DNA from: a virus
Lineage: Duplodnaviria > Caudoviricetes
Length of the DNA stretch: 64,000 nucleotides
Strand: one strand, 5' to 3'
Virus record (IMG/VR): IMGVR_UViG_3300033066_001150
Span: 1 to 64,000 of that record
Of the stretch, positions 49,701 to 57,678 are shown in pieces (position 1 is the stretch's first letter; every line of letters begins with the position of its first letter). Under the pieces are notes generated by a model, which searched no databases, was not told where the DNA came from, and saw only the letters and a list, made by a program, of their open reading frames with translations. A program made the position numbers and the translations under genes.

Positions 49701-50353
49701 GTGATTGCTTTGACGAGGAAGATCGGGACACGTTGAACAGCCTCGAAGACGGCAAGCTGGTCCGACTCTATCAGAGTCTGATTGGCAACGCCACTTATGA
49801 GGACGAAGAAGAGGAAGCGCCGGCCGACGACGAAGAGATCATGGAAGACGACGAAGAGATGGAAGATCCGGCTCCGAAGAAGAAGCCCGGTGGATTCTTT
49901 CAGAAGAAGGCCATCGCCAATCGCCGAAATTCGTCGGATGCCATTGCGGCATCCATTCTTCGCAGTCGACGCAAACCCATGTCGGCGGATGAGTGGTTTG
50001 GTACCGCTCCTCCGGAAATCAAGTCGGCTGTCCAGAACGCCATGAAGCTGGAAGCGGAAACGAAGCGGGGCCTGCTGGACCGTCTTACGGCCAACGTCGC
50101 CGACGACAAGGTCCAGTCGGTGCTCAATTCCCTCAAGGACAAGTCCATCGAAGAACTCGAAGGACTGCTGTCCCTGTTGCCGCCGCCGCGGGCCATCAAC
50201 GCCCCCAGCTTTATTGGGGCCGCGGTGCCGTTCCCGGGTCGCACCACGAACGAACAAGCCATCAGCAATGATGACGATGATGTTCTGCCACTGCCCACCA
50301 TCAACTACGCCGATGAGTTCGGGACTCGGCGCAAGACTGCCACGGTTTCGTAG
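46733..50353 (+). CDS. DUF2213-type prohead protease / scaffold with inserted cargo
   Basis: GIPLTVGHP, ELSTG, YNGRPY, DHLAILPDQVGACS; acidic coiled C-terminus; two tags; directly upstream of the capsid genes. Confidence 0.85.
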   Translation: MEHYTFNFTGRARREKLHGREFLVVPLTMIVPGVLNGSQGALFYPPSEIKRNSQAWNGIPLTVGHPTRNGQQLSGRDPSVLNETGVGFVFHVRSESGKLKGEGWFDVEAVRKVDNRIYDAIINGRKMELSTGLFTDNHPATPGSSYNGRPYTHVARNYRPDHLAILPDQVGACSVEDGCGVNVNIAADQEECSCGGQCDECKAGLEENQAEGCTCDTSGPEGCPVHGDTEKVTNSKQVIWNEIGKVLGILEAVENGIVQPHSKNTGRFKSPSAGTGKGPVHEAAQRGALALDPDDHAKGASAKAEADVGTNPASWVEDEDIWDRAKKAADAGEYDADTYWAVVSHIYKRMGGKSKSEGTTDNADDDCQWVTASGTPICIKGGEVKKGPSALKKAAASDGKKSSHFKTKDRDEVAQKEGFRKHSDKQKAQDKALGKANKDAMDKDLGDLKKELFGKQGKAQAAGEVHKRDPMLTVKGAAKVIGKHLKSGLSKAGALADMIGTKLLGKDDFEAIKNIPDDVKSRFRNLFKKGKFTSNGVVAIHPVTLECLVEMGLVYNARVNNAFCPTGPGGGQDNSCSRYGDGGSSKEKAVAKALSNFKIKENGEWSSVKVGSRAYKIRKVGSGYEAVSPLKTRTIGKTAESALTSVIDVRDIPKGTATDIGAKGQQFNNPKSDEDAQFFKSRASAEAFVKEATDRGYDVDYSHKGGTSQVRIQGVTDDNKKEIRALGDKHGREKSIWEQPVPPPRGTAAKDLEKSAVSKRQLAKELKAERAAREAAAKAPRKDEEVFARWKAKQKKTNNAFCPTGPGGGQDNSCSSKGGGGGVKVGDKDAKGRTVISDEVASMGASLADKLNTAGRKSDAAVEVYSNAKYHRLKREQKKAPELEKKMKEVTKQYYKARDEAEAFEKKHGLSVVDAWEADRGRGWPSYKVDTRTDTRPKFVRQSDSEPHKTENSSVGNRSHSARRPRLGANVVGVRDMKRGQVIDALVSNCDCFDEEDRDTLNSLEDGKLVRLYQSLIGNATYEDEEEEAPADDEEIMEDDEEMEDPAPKKKPGGFFQKKAIANRRNSSDAIAASILRSRRKPMSADEWFGTAPPEIKSAVQNAMKLEAETKRGLLDRLTANVADDKVQSVLNSLKDKSIEELEGLLSLLPPPRAINAPSFIGAAVPFPGRTTNEQAISNDDDDVLPLPTINYADEFGTRRKTATVS

Positions 50354-50407
50354 CCGTATCCCCTCGGCATAAGTTCACTCATTTTTCTCGGAGACTGGAG
50401 ACAGACA

Positions 50408-50953
50408 ATGGCCTTTCCTGATTCGACATCTCGTCCGGCGAACGAGATTGTCCTCAACGCGAACCCGAAGGGGGTGTTCCTCGAAGGTTACGTTGACGGC
50501 ACTCCCAAGCCCGGTGTCGCTATGCAGCTCAAGGCTGCCGGCACTGTGACCGGTGGCCGCAATGAGTACGAGGTCTACAACCAAGCCTCGGACGGTGTGC
50601 GGGGTTTGGTGGCCATCCTGTTGCCGAACTTCCTGCAAGGGACGGCACTGGATACCCAAGATCAGACCTCGTTGACGGACGTGGGAGGTGATGACACCGC
50701 GTTCGAAGACGGTGATCACATTCACATGTACTGTCCGGTGATGGGCGAAGAGCTCAACATCCGGGTCGCGGTGGCAGGAACTGGAACCGGTGACGGCATC
50801 GCCATCGGGGACAAGTTCATGATCGACGATGGCACGGGTCTCTTCATCGCTGTCGGCGGTTCGGAACAGTCCGCTCCGTTCCAAGCGGTGGAAGCCGTGG
50901 CAGACGTCAAGGCTGGCGGTACGCTGGTCCGCTGTATCTACACCGGCTACTAA
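50408..50953 (+). CDS. capsid decoration/cement protein
   Basis: Gly/Ala-rich 181 aa between scaffold and major capsid protein; strong RBS. Confidence 0.7.
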   Translation: MAFPDSTSRPANEIVLNANPKGVFLEGYVDGTPKPGVAMQLKAAGTVTGGRNEYEVYNQASDGVRGLVAILLPNFLQGTALDTQDQTSLTDVGGDDTAFEDGDHIHMYCPVMGEELNIRVAVAGTGTGDGIAIGDKFMIDDGTGLFIAVGGSEQSAPFQAVEAVADVKAGGTLVRCIYTGY

Positions 50954-51009
50954 GCCACTGCGGCCGCGGTCCGGTACTTTCTGATTCAACTGTTCTTGGG
51001 AGAGTAACA

Positions 51010-52170
51010 ATGTTCGTGGATTACGTGCTCAATGGTCAGGGACATGGTCCCGTGGCCGAGCAGCTGATGGGGACTCACTTCGATCCCGGTCTTCTCCGAC
51101 CGTATATCGACAGTCGTGGTCGCAAGGTTGTGATGGTCCACACGGGCCAGTTCGCCACCAACAAAGACACGGGTCGTCAAGAACCCATCTACAAGAAGCG
51201 CCTCGTGAGCGAGCTTGTGGCGGGTGGGATGTACTCCCCGGTCTTCAACGCCACGTCCCTGCGGAAGCAGGAGTGGGTGCAGCTGGATTCGGTGGTGCTC
51301 AAGGCCGCCCGTGCCCGGTTGCGAGCGTGGGGGGATTTGGCCGCGTCGAACACTTATAGCGGTTTCAACGGCATGAGCCGGACCGTGCTCGAACACGAGC
51401 AGATGAGTGATCCCGGCGAGGCGATGGTCGATATGGATGGCCTGACCGAAGGCCGTTCGGACCGTCCCCGGTTCGATCTGCAGGGTCTCCCCCTGCCGAT
51501 CACTCACAGTGACTTCTGGTTCAGTTCGCGGCAACTGGCGGTCTCCCGGAATACGGGAACCCCGCTGGACGCCACGATGGCCGAAGCCGCTGGACGCCGC
51601 GTTGCCGAAATGATTGAGAAGACGACCATCGGCACCATCACGGGGATGCGGACGAGCAAGGTGGGCAGCCTGCTGTCCGCCGCACCGCAGGTCTACGGGT
51701 ATACGAACTACCCGCAGCGCATTACCAAGAACGACCTCACTGTTCCAACCGGTTCCAATGCCGGTTCGACGGTGGCTGACGTTTTGGAAATGCGGGATAT
51801 GTTGTACGACGTCAACCGCTTTGGCCCGTTCATGCTGTACCACAGCAAGGACTGGGACCAGTTCATGGACAACGACTACGTCCTGACCGGTGGCAACGTT
51901 GCAACTCAGACCCTGCGCGAGCGCCTTCGGGCCATTGAAGGGATTCAGGATGTCCGTCGCTTGGACTTCCTGACCGATACCTTCACCCTGTTGATGGTCC
52001 AGATGACCCCGGATGTGGCCCGTGCCGTGATCGGGATGGACCTGACGACGGTGCAGTGGGAATCGCAAGGCGGTATGCGCTTGAACTTCAAGGTCATGTG
52101 CATCCACGTGCCCCAACTGCGCAGCGACTTCAACGGTTCGTGCGGGATTCTCCACGCCACCACGGCGTAG
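51010..52170 (+). CDS. major capsid protein (HK97 fold, encapsulin/linocin-like)
   Basis: NATSLRKQEWVQLD, PLPITHSDF, YGYTNYP, GPFMLY, PQLRSD. Confidence 0.88.
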   Translation: MFVDYVLNGQGHGPVAEQLMGTHFDPGLLRPYIDSRGRKVVMVHTGQFATNKDTGRQEPIYKKRLVSELVAGGMYSPVFNATSLRKQEWVQLDSVVLKAARARLRAWGDLAASNTYSGFNGMSRTVLEHEQMSDPGEAMVDMDGLTEGRSDRPRFDLQGLPLPITHSDFWFSSRQLAVSRNTGTPLDATMAEAAGRRVAEMIEKTTIGTITGMRTSKVGSLLSAAPQVYGYTNYPQRITKNDLTVPTGSNAGSTVADVLEMRDMLYDVNRFGPFMLYHSKDWDQFMDNDYVLTGGNVATQTLRERLRAIEGIQDVRRLDFLTDTFTLLMVQMTPDVARAVIGMDLTTVQWESQGGMRLNFKVMCIHVPQLRSDFNGSCGILHATTA

Positions 52171-52253
52171 TCCAGTCCAGAATGCTAGCCTAGGCGTTTA
52201 GGCCAGAGGGGTGTGAAGCCCCCTTCCCTCTCACTCTTTTCAGGATCGCTATT

Positions 52254-52733
52254 ATGGTCAAGACACAGAAGCCCCCCAAACAAAAGATGCGTTTCCGATT
52301 GCTGCAAGGCCTGCACACCACGGGGCGTCAACAAGACACCACGAAGATGACGGTTCTCCAGCAGCAGTTGGACGAGGGCATGATCACACAAGCCCAGTTC
52401 GACGAACAGACCAAGGACCTCCAACCCCGGCGTATTTTCCACGCCGGTGAAATTGTGGAAAGTCGGACGGACCTGCTTCGCCTCAACGGTCCCCATCCGA
52501 TGGTCCCCAAGTTCGCACGGGCGGACGAGGACGTGGCCTCGATGGTCCCACAACCGTATCAGTCCCCGGAAACCCGACCGGCCCCGGTGGATGTGGACGA
52601 CACGTTGACTGGGATGACGTTGGAGCAACTGAAGAAGATGGCCCGAGCCGAAGCCATTGATATCAAGGGCCTGACGACTGTGGAAGAGATCGCCGACCGG
52701 ATTCGACAGTCCATGGAAGAACTGGACGCCTAA
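52254..52733 (+). CDS. post-capsid protein with Rho-N-like tail
   Basis: LTGMTLEQLKKMA...IDIKG. Confidence 0.55.
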   Translation: MVKTQKPPKQKMRFRLLQGLHTTGRQQDTTKMTVLQQQLDEGMITQAQFDEQTKDLQPRRIFHAGEIVESRTDLLRLNGPHPMVPKFARADEDVASMVPQPYQSPETRPAPVDVDDTLTGMTLEQLKKMARAEAIDIKGLTTVEEIADRIRQSMEELDA

Positions 52734-52774
52734 GGGTTTCGTTTCCTCCACGTATCGTTTATCGAGAACCCCTG

Positions 52775-53194
52775 ATGGCCATTCGCACGACTGATTCCGT
52801 CGTACAAAAGATTCTGGGTCCCAACTATGACGGGACCACGGATCTGGAAGAAGTCATGACGACGGCCTCGGTGTTCATCGACCTTGTGGTCCAGTGTGCG
52901 GCTCGTAAGTCTGTGACCCTTACGAGCACGCAACTGGAACGCATGGAAGCCTATGTGGCGGCCCATCTCTACGGGCACGGGGACCAGTTCTATCAGTCCC
53001 GAAGCACACAAGGCGCCAGCGGGTCCTTCCAAGGCTCTACGTCGCAAATTGGACTGGAAGGTAGTCAGTATGGTCAAACGGCATTGCGGTTGGACACTAG
53101 TGGCTGCTTGAACGCGCTCCACAACAAAGCTCGGGTCGGGATGACGTGGTTGGGCACCAAGGCCACGAACGTAACCCGCATCGGGGGCGAGTAG
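52775..53194 (+). CDS. head-tail adaptor
   Basis: YVAAHL...SQYGQTALRLDTSG; gene position. Confidence 0.7.
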   Translation: MAIRTTDSVVQKILGPNYDGTTDLEEVMTTASVFIDLVVQCAARKSVTLTSTQLERMEAYVAAHLYGHGDQFYQSRSTQGASGSFQGSTSQIGLEGSQYGQTALRLDTSGCLNALHNKARVGMTWLGTKATNVTRIGGE

Positions 53195-53196
53195 TC

Positions 53197-53574
53197 ATGC
53201 CGGCTGTGGAAGTCGTTGATTTTATTCACTATGCCGTTCTCTGGAGGAAAGCCGGTTCTGATAGGTTTGGGAAACCGATCACATCTAACCCAGTTGAAAT
53301 CCGTTGTCGATGGATTGAGACTCGCAAAGAAAAGACCGATGCCCAAGGCAACACAGTCACCATAGATGCTCAAGTTTACATCAATACGGATATCACTGTG
53401 GGTAGTTTAATGTGGAAGGGTCGATTGTCCGAACTGCTGGGGACCGCCAGCCCCATGTCTGGGAATATTATGCAGGTCATTTCGTTCAACAGGACCCCAG
53501 ATCTCAAAGGTCGCAATCATCGTTCTATGGCTAGTGTGTCCCGTTATATGGACACACTGCCCGAAACCGTATAG
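53197..53574 (+). CDS. head closure protein
   Basis: DRFGKP...IRCRW...DAQGN; gene position. Confidence 0.65.
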   Translation: MPAVEVVDFIHYAVLWRKAGSDRFGKPITSNPVEIRCRWIETRKEKTDAQGNTVTIDAQVYINTDITVGSLMWKGRLSELLGTASPMSGNIMQVISFNRTPDLKGRNHRSMASVSRYMDTLPETV

Positions 53575-53791
53575 CCACTGGTGGAGAAATGCCCTAGTTG
53601 TCCGGGGGCCATTCACGGAACGATGCCCACCAGTGGCCTTGAGGAATTCCATGTTCGACAAATTCCCCGCAAAAGCGTTCCGTAACTGGCTGTCGTTGGG
53701 TTCGCCCCATCGACGGACAAGGTCTGTGAACGCGAAACGTCAGCATTTTTCGGAAACAACAGCTTCTGGAAAATTCACGGAAGGGGCCTCA

Positions 53792-54304
53792 GTGACTAAT
53801 AAGAAGAACGTGTTGATTGTGTTGATATTTTTTGCGACGACAGCCGTCACGAATTGTGTGCTTTTGCTGGCCGCTAACTTGACGGACGAACCTCAAGTTG
53901 TGGCGGAGGCGATGCCGCAGATTTTCGAGTCTGTACGGTTGACATCCATGTGTGTGCTGGGCGCTACGGCCGGGACACTGTTGCGGCTGTGCTGGGCGCC
54001 AACCAAGGAATTGGTAACAGTAGAACCGCGGGGGCTCATTGTCCTGTTAGCGCGGAAAGCAATGGTCTCTATGGTGTGTGGGGTCTTTGTGACACCTGCC
54101 ATTTTTCGGTTCACGCCACTAATTCCGGAACCGGACTTGCTCGTGCTTGTGAGTGGTCTTGTGGCCTTCTGTGGGGATGTGGTCGTCATGCCCATCCTTA
54201 TCAATCTACAAACAAGAGTTGCTTCTCGCGGTGAGAAGATTGTGGATAGTGTGCTCGGTGACGAATCAAATCACAAAAAAGGAAAACGGAATGTCCCTGA
54301 TTGA
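53792..54304 (+). CDS. multi-TM membrane protein (holin-like)
   Basis: Four hydrophobic segments and a basic C-terminus; GTG start after GAAGGGG. Confidence 0.55.
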   Translation: MTNKKNVLIVLIFFATTAVTNCVLLLAANLTDEPQVVAEAMPQIFESVRLTSMCVLGATAGTLLRLCWAPTKELVTVEPRGLIVLLARKAMVSMVCGVFVTPAIFRFTPLIPEPDLLVLVSGLVAFCGDVVVMPILINLQTRVASRGEKIVDSVLGDESNHKKGKRNVPD

Positions 54305-54521
54305 GCTGCTCTCCTTGGTCAAAAAGTACGGTCCTCTGTTCCAGCAACTGGGACCATACATCACTCAGCTGGTCTCCCTGATCCGGGAAATCATCGCCAT
54401 CCTGAAGTCCGATGTCCCGCCCACCGTCGGAACCAGTACGGATATCACTCTGGACGAGTTCTGTGCACAAAGCGGTCTGTCGGAAGAACAGGCCAAGGAA
54501 CTCGCCGCGGCTTTCGAGTAA
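54291..54521 (+). CDS. small amphipathic protein
   Basis: MSLIELLSLVKKYGP; RBS AAGGA. Confidence 0.55.
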   Translation: MSLIELLSLVKKYGPLFQQLGPYITQLVSLIREIIAILKSDVPPTVGTSTDITLDEFCAQSGLSEEQAKELAAAFE

Positions 54522-54570
54522 TACGTCCAGACTTTCCCCCTTTCCTTCCCCCAGCAATGCAGGTGTGACA

Positions 54571-55371
54571 ATGAAATGGTTCCTCGCCTTACTGCTTGTT
54601 CCCCTTTCCCTTCCTCCAACCTTGGCGCAAGAGAATACCGCCGTCGCGAAAGCGGTGATCACCAGTCGTTCGGGGGAAGACGTGCCGGTGACGTTGCCTC
54701 GCGGCGGCGGTTACTTTTTCTCCGCCAAGAAGTCCGTATATGGGACCAACCCGTTGTCCGTGCAGTGGGAAGTGGAACCCGAGCTACTGGGACAGCGGAG
54801 TGAGGAGTTGGTGATTCTGGATAAGGACGGAACTCCCAATCCTTGTCTCTACGTGCCCTACGGCAACGAGTTTGATACGATTGTTGTGCGGTTATACGTC
54901 TCGCTGAATGATCAGGGAGCTCGCACCAAGATCAATGTCAAGATCGGGAATGGTCCCCGTCCGGGACCCCCCGACCCGCCGGGACCTACGCCTCCCGACC
55001 CGCCGGGACCTACGCCTCCCGATCCCACACCGACTCCGGGCGCCTTCCGGGTTATCTTTGTTCATGAGTCCGGTGAGTTGTTGCCTCCGGGACAGGCCTC
55101 GGCTACGGCAGCCGCCTCGATCCGGGAATACCTCAACACCAAGGCCACCAAAGAGCAAGGGCAACCGAGTTGGCGGTTGTATGATAAGGACACGGAAGCC
55201 GGAAATGATTATTCTGGCATGAACGAACTGTGGACGGCCGTCAGACCAAAAATCTCCCAAGTCCCTTGTATCGTCATCCTGTCACCCAAGGATGGCAAAG
55301 CCCACATCGAAACATGGCCCGCCACGGTGGCGGACGTCCTCAAGTTGCTCAAGACGTATGGAGGGGAATGA
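54571..55371 (+). CDS. secreted protein with Pro-rich linker
   Basis: Signal peptide MKWFLALLL...TLA; PGPTPPDP repeats at about 54955-55040. Confidence 0.7.
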   Translation: MKWFLALLLVPLSLPPTLAQENTAVAKAVITSRSGEDVPVTLPRGGGYFFSAKKSVYGTNPLSVQWEVEPELLGQRSEELVILDKDGTPNPCLYVPYGNEFDTIVVRLYVSLNDQGARTKINVKIGNGPRPGPPDPPGPTPPDPPGPTPPDPTPTPGAFRVIFVHESGELLPPGQASATAAASIREYLNTKATKEQGQPSWRLYDKDTEAGNDYSGMNELWTAVRPKISQVPCIVILSPKDGKAHIETWPATVADVLKLLKTYGGE

Positions 55372-55372
55372 T

Positions 55373-56215
55373 ATGGATTTCTACAAGACCAACATCCCCA
55401 TCATCGATTTGGAAAACACCACACCAGAAGGGGACGCCATGTTGCGTCCGGGTGGGGTGGAGTTTGGGGCGGTCCCCCGGGACTACTCGGTCCAACCGCA
55501 GGAAATGTTCGCTTCCCCCACGGAGATGAAACAAATCCCAGAATCGGACTGGGACGCTTATTACGACGAACAGGAAGCCCAGAAGTCGTCCCTCGAGCAC
55601 TTATACCTGAGTGGACCTGACGGGGGTCCGGTCTTTCCCAATTTGGACCAGAATGGGGATGGGTACTGCTGGGCTTACTCCACAGCCCATGCCGTTATGA
55701 TGGACCGGTTACGGCGGAACTTGCCGTATCGGCGTCTCAATCCGCACAGTGTGGCCGCCATTATCAAGAAGGGCGAGAACGAGGGCGGTTGGTGTGGGTT
55801 GTCCGCCCAATTCATGAAAGAGAACGGGTGCGCATTGGAAGGTTCCACAGCGGGGACATGGCCACTACACTCCCGGGATTTGAAGTACAACACACCGGAA
55901 CTCCGGGCTGTCATGAAACAGTACCGGATTGACGAGGACTGGTATGACTTGACCAAGCAGGTCTACAATCAGTCTCTGACACAACAGCAAGTCGCCACGT
56001 GCTTGTTCCAGAACACGCCGGTTCCCTCGGACTTCAATTGGTGGGGTCACTCCGTGTGCTCCATCCGTAAGGTGCGTCTGGAGCGGGGGTCCTGGGGCTT
56101 GATGATCCTCAACTCTTGGAAGAACTGGGGCCGTCACGGTCTGGCTGTCCTGCGGGGAAGTCAAGCTATCCCCAATGGGGCCGTCGCCATTCGTTCTACG
56201 ACGAGTCACAACTAA
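55373..56215 (+). CDS. papain-like (C1) cysteine peptidase
   Basis: LDQNGDGYCWAYS, WGHSV, ILNSWKNWG (Q/C/H/N catalytic set). Confidence 0.85.
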   Translation: MDFYKTNIPIIDLENTTPEGDAMLRPGGVEFGAVPRDYSVQPQEMFASPTEMKQIPESDWDAYYDEQEAQKSSLEHLYLSGPDGGPVFPNLDQNGDGYCWAYSTAHAVMMDRLRRNLPYRRLNPHSVAAIIKKGENEGGWCGLSAQFMKENGCALEGSTAGTWPLHSRDLKYNTPELRAVMKQYRIDEDWYDLTKQVYNQSLTQQQVATCLFQNTPVPSDFNWWGHSVCSIRKVRLERGSWGLMILNSWKNWGRHGLAVLRGSQAIPNGAVAIRSTTSHN

Positions 56216-56670
56216 TGCACACCCTGTTGCTTTCCTTAGCTTTGGTTACGGGCCTCGAGGTTGTGGACCACACATCCCAATCCCCCGGGATGACGGTGCA
56301 GGACCACTGTGTCCCCCGTCGTTCTTTGGAAGTGGTGGTCCACACCCTCCCCGTCCCCAAAGCTAAGAGGAATGTGGGGTACACAACGCGGTCGGCGGTG
56401 AAATTTTGGTATCACGGAGGTTACTGGCCCCAAGCCAAACATCTCAACGAAGGGGAACATACGGGGCTGTTCGACACACGTTGGTTGTCCACTCTTTCTC
56501 CCCAAGATTTGTTGAACCTGCATAGCGACGCCCACGAGGGTCGGGTGAACTGGGAATATGCTTTCCGTCCCGGAGAATTTGTAGTACCTGAAAAAGTGAC
56601 TGTCCCGACTCCAGCCCGACGGATGGTCCAACGTTGCATCAATGGTCGTTGCTACTTGATTTGGGAATAA
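56215..56670 (+). CDS. secreted protein with His motifs and C-terminal CINGRC
   Basis: Hydrophobic N-terminus; HL...H...LHSDAH; TAATG overlap. Confidence 0.6.
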   Translation: MHTLLLSLALVTGLEVVDHTSQSPGMTVQDHCVPRRSLEVVVHTLPVPKAKRNVGYTTRSAVKFWYHGGYWPQAKHLNEGEHTGLFDTRWLSTLSPQDLLNLHSDAHEGRVNWEYAFRPGEFVVPEKVTVPTPARRMVQRCINGRCYLIWE

Positions 56671-56674
56671 AGAC

Positions 56675-57448
56675 GTGCCAACGTTGTTTGATGCACAACC
56701 CAAGAATGCTAACTTGACTGCTCTGGCGGGATTGACGTCAGCAGCAGATCGTCTTCCTTATTTTACGGGTTCGGGAACCGCTGCGCTCGCAACGTTTACT
56801 TCAGCGGCTAGAAACCTCCTGGATGATACTACCGCTGCGGCGATGGCGACCACTTTAGGCCTAGGAACGGGAGACTCTGTAACCCATAACAATCTCACCC
56901 TAGGAGACGGAACCGGCCAGCACCGTATCAATCTGGATTCGGCAGCAGGGCAAACGCCCGGTATTGCCTGGAAGGTTGGAGGACTCTTCCGCTGGCTGTT
57001 TTACACGACGAACGCGGAGACAGGGAGTGATGCGGGGTCTGATCTTGTATTTGGTCGCGCATTTGATGATACGGGTACAGGAATCGACAACCCGATTACG
57101 ATCACTAGAGCGGCGGGCGGGCTGATTACTATTGCCCGCCCAATGTCTTGTAATAGTACGCTGACGATTGGTAGCGGGATCACGTTCAACGACAACAAAC
57201 ACATTACTGCCAATACCACTACTGGAACAAAGATAGCGACCGCGACCACACAGAAGCTAGGCTTCTGGAACGCCACTCCAGTCGTTCAACCTTCTGGAGC
57301 TGCTCAAGCTGCTGTAGCGACTACTGCTGCTACCAACTCTACACCTTGGGGATTCACTACTCAAGCTCAGGCAGATGCGATCGTGACTTTAGTCAACGCA
57401 CTTCGTTCCGCGCTGGTGTCGGCGGGTATTATCAAGGGCAGCGCGTAA
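56675..57448 (+). CDS. fibre-like virion protein
   Basis: [19 protein letters not shown] fibre repeat; [13 protein letters not shown]; [11 protein letters not shown]. Confidence 0.7.
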   Translation: MPTLFDAQPKNANLTALAGLTSAADRLPYFTGSGTAALATFTSAARNLLDDTTAAAMATTLGLGTGDSVTHNNLTLGDGTGQHRINLDSAAGQTPGIAWKVGGLFRWLFYTTNAETGSDAGSDLVFGRAFDDTGTGIDNPITITRAAGGLITIARPMSCNSTLTIGSGITFNDNKHITANTTTGTKIATATTQKLGFWNATPVVQPSGAAQAAVATTAATNSTPWGFTTQAQADAIVTLVNALRSALVSAGIIKGSA

Positions 57449-57678
57449 TGGCCACGACGGCAGAAATTCAAGCAGCGGTGGAGCGGGATAAGCGTATTTA
57501 CGCGGATGATTTGCACCGTGACGCAGTGGTCCGTGCTATCACGGCCGAACAGCGCGTGCAGGTACTAACCGCAGAGGTCGAGGAGCTGCGCCGTAAACTT
57601 GCAGAACTCGTGCCGGCTGCCGAGCCGGACGACACAAGTGACGGCATTGTTGTTGAAACCGAACAGGATGCAGAGTAA
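57448..57678 (+). CDS. small coiled-coil protein
   Basis: TAATG overlaps at both ends. Confidence 0.55.
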   Translation: MATTAEIQAAVERDKRIYADDLHRDAVVRAITAEQRVQVLTAEVEELRRKLAELVPAAEPDDTSDGIVVETEQDAE

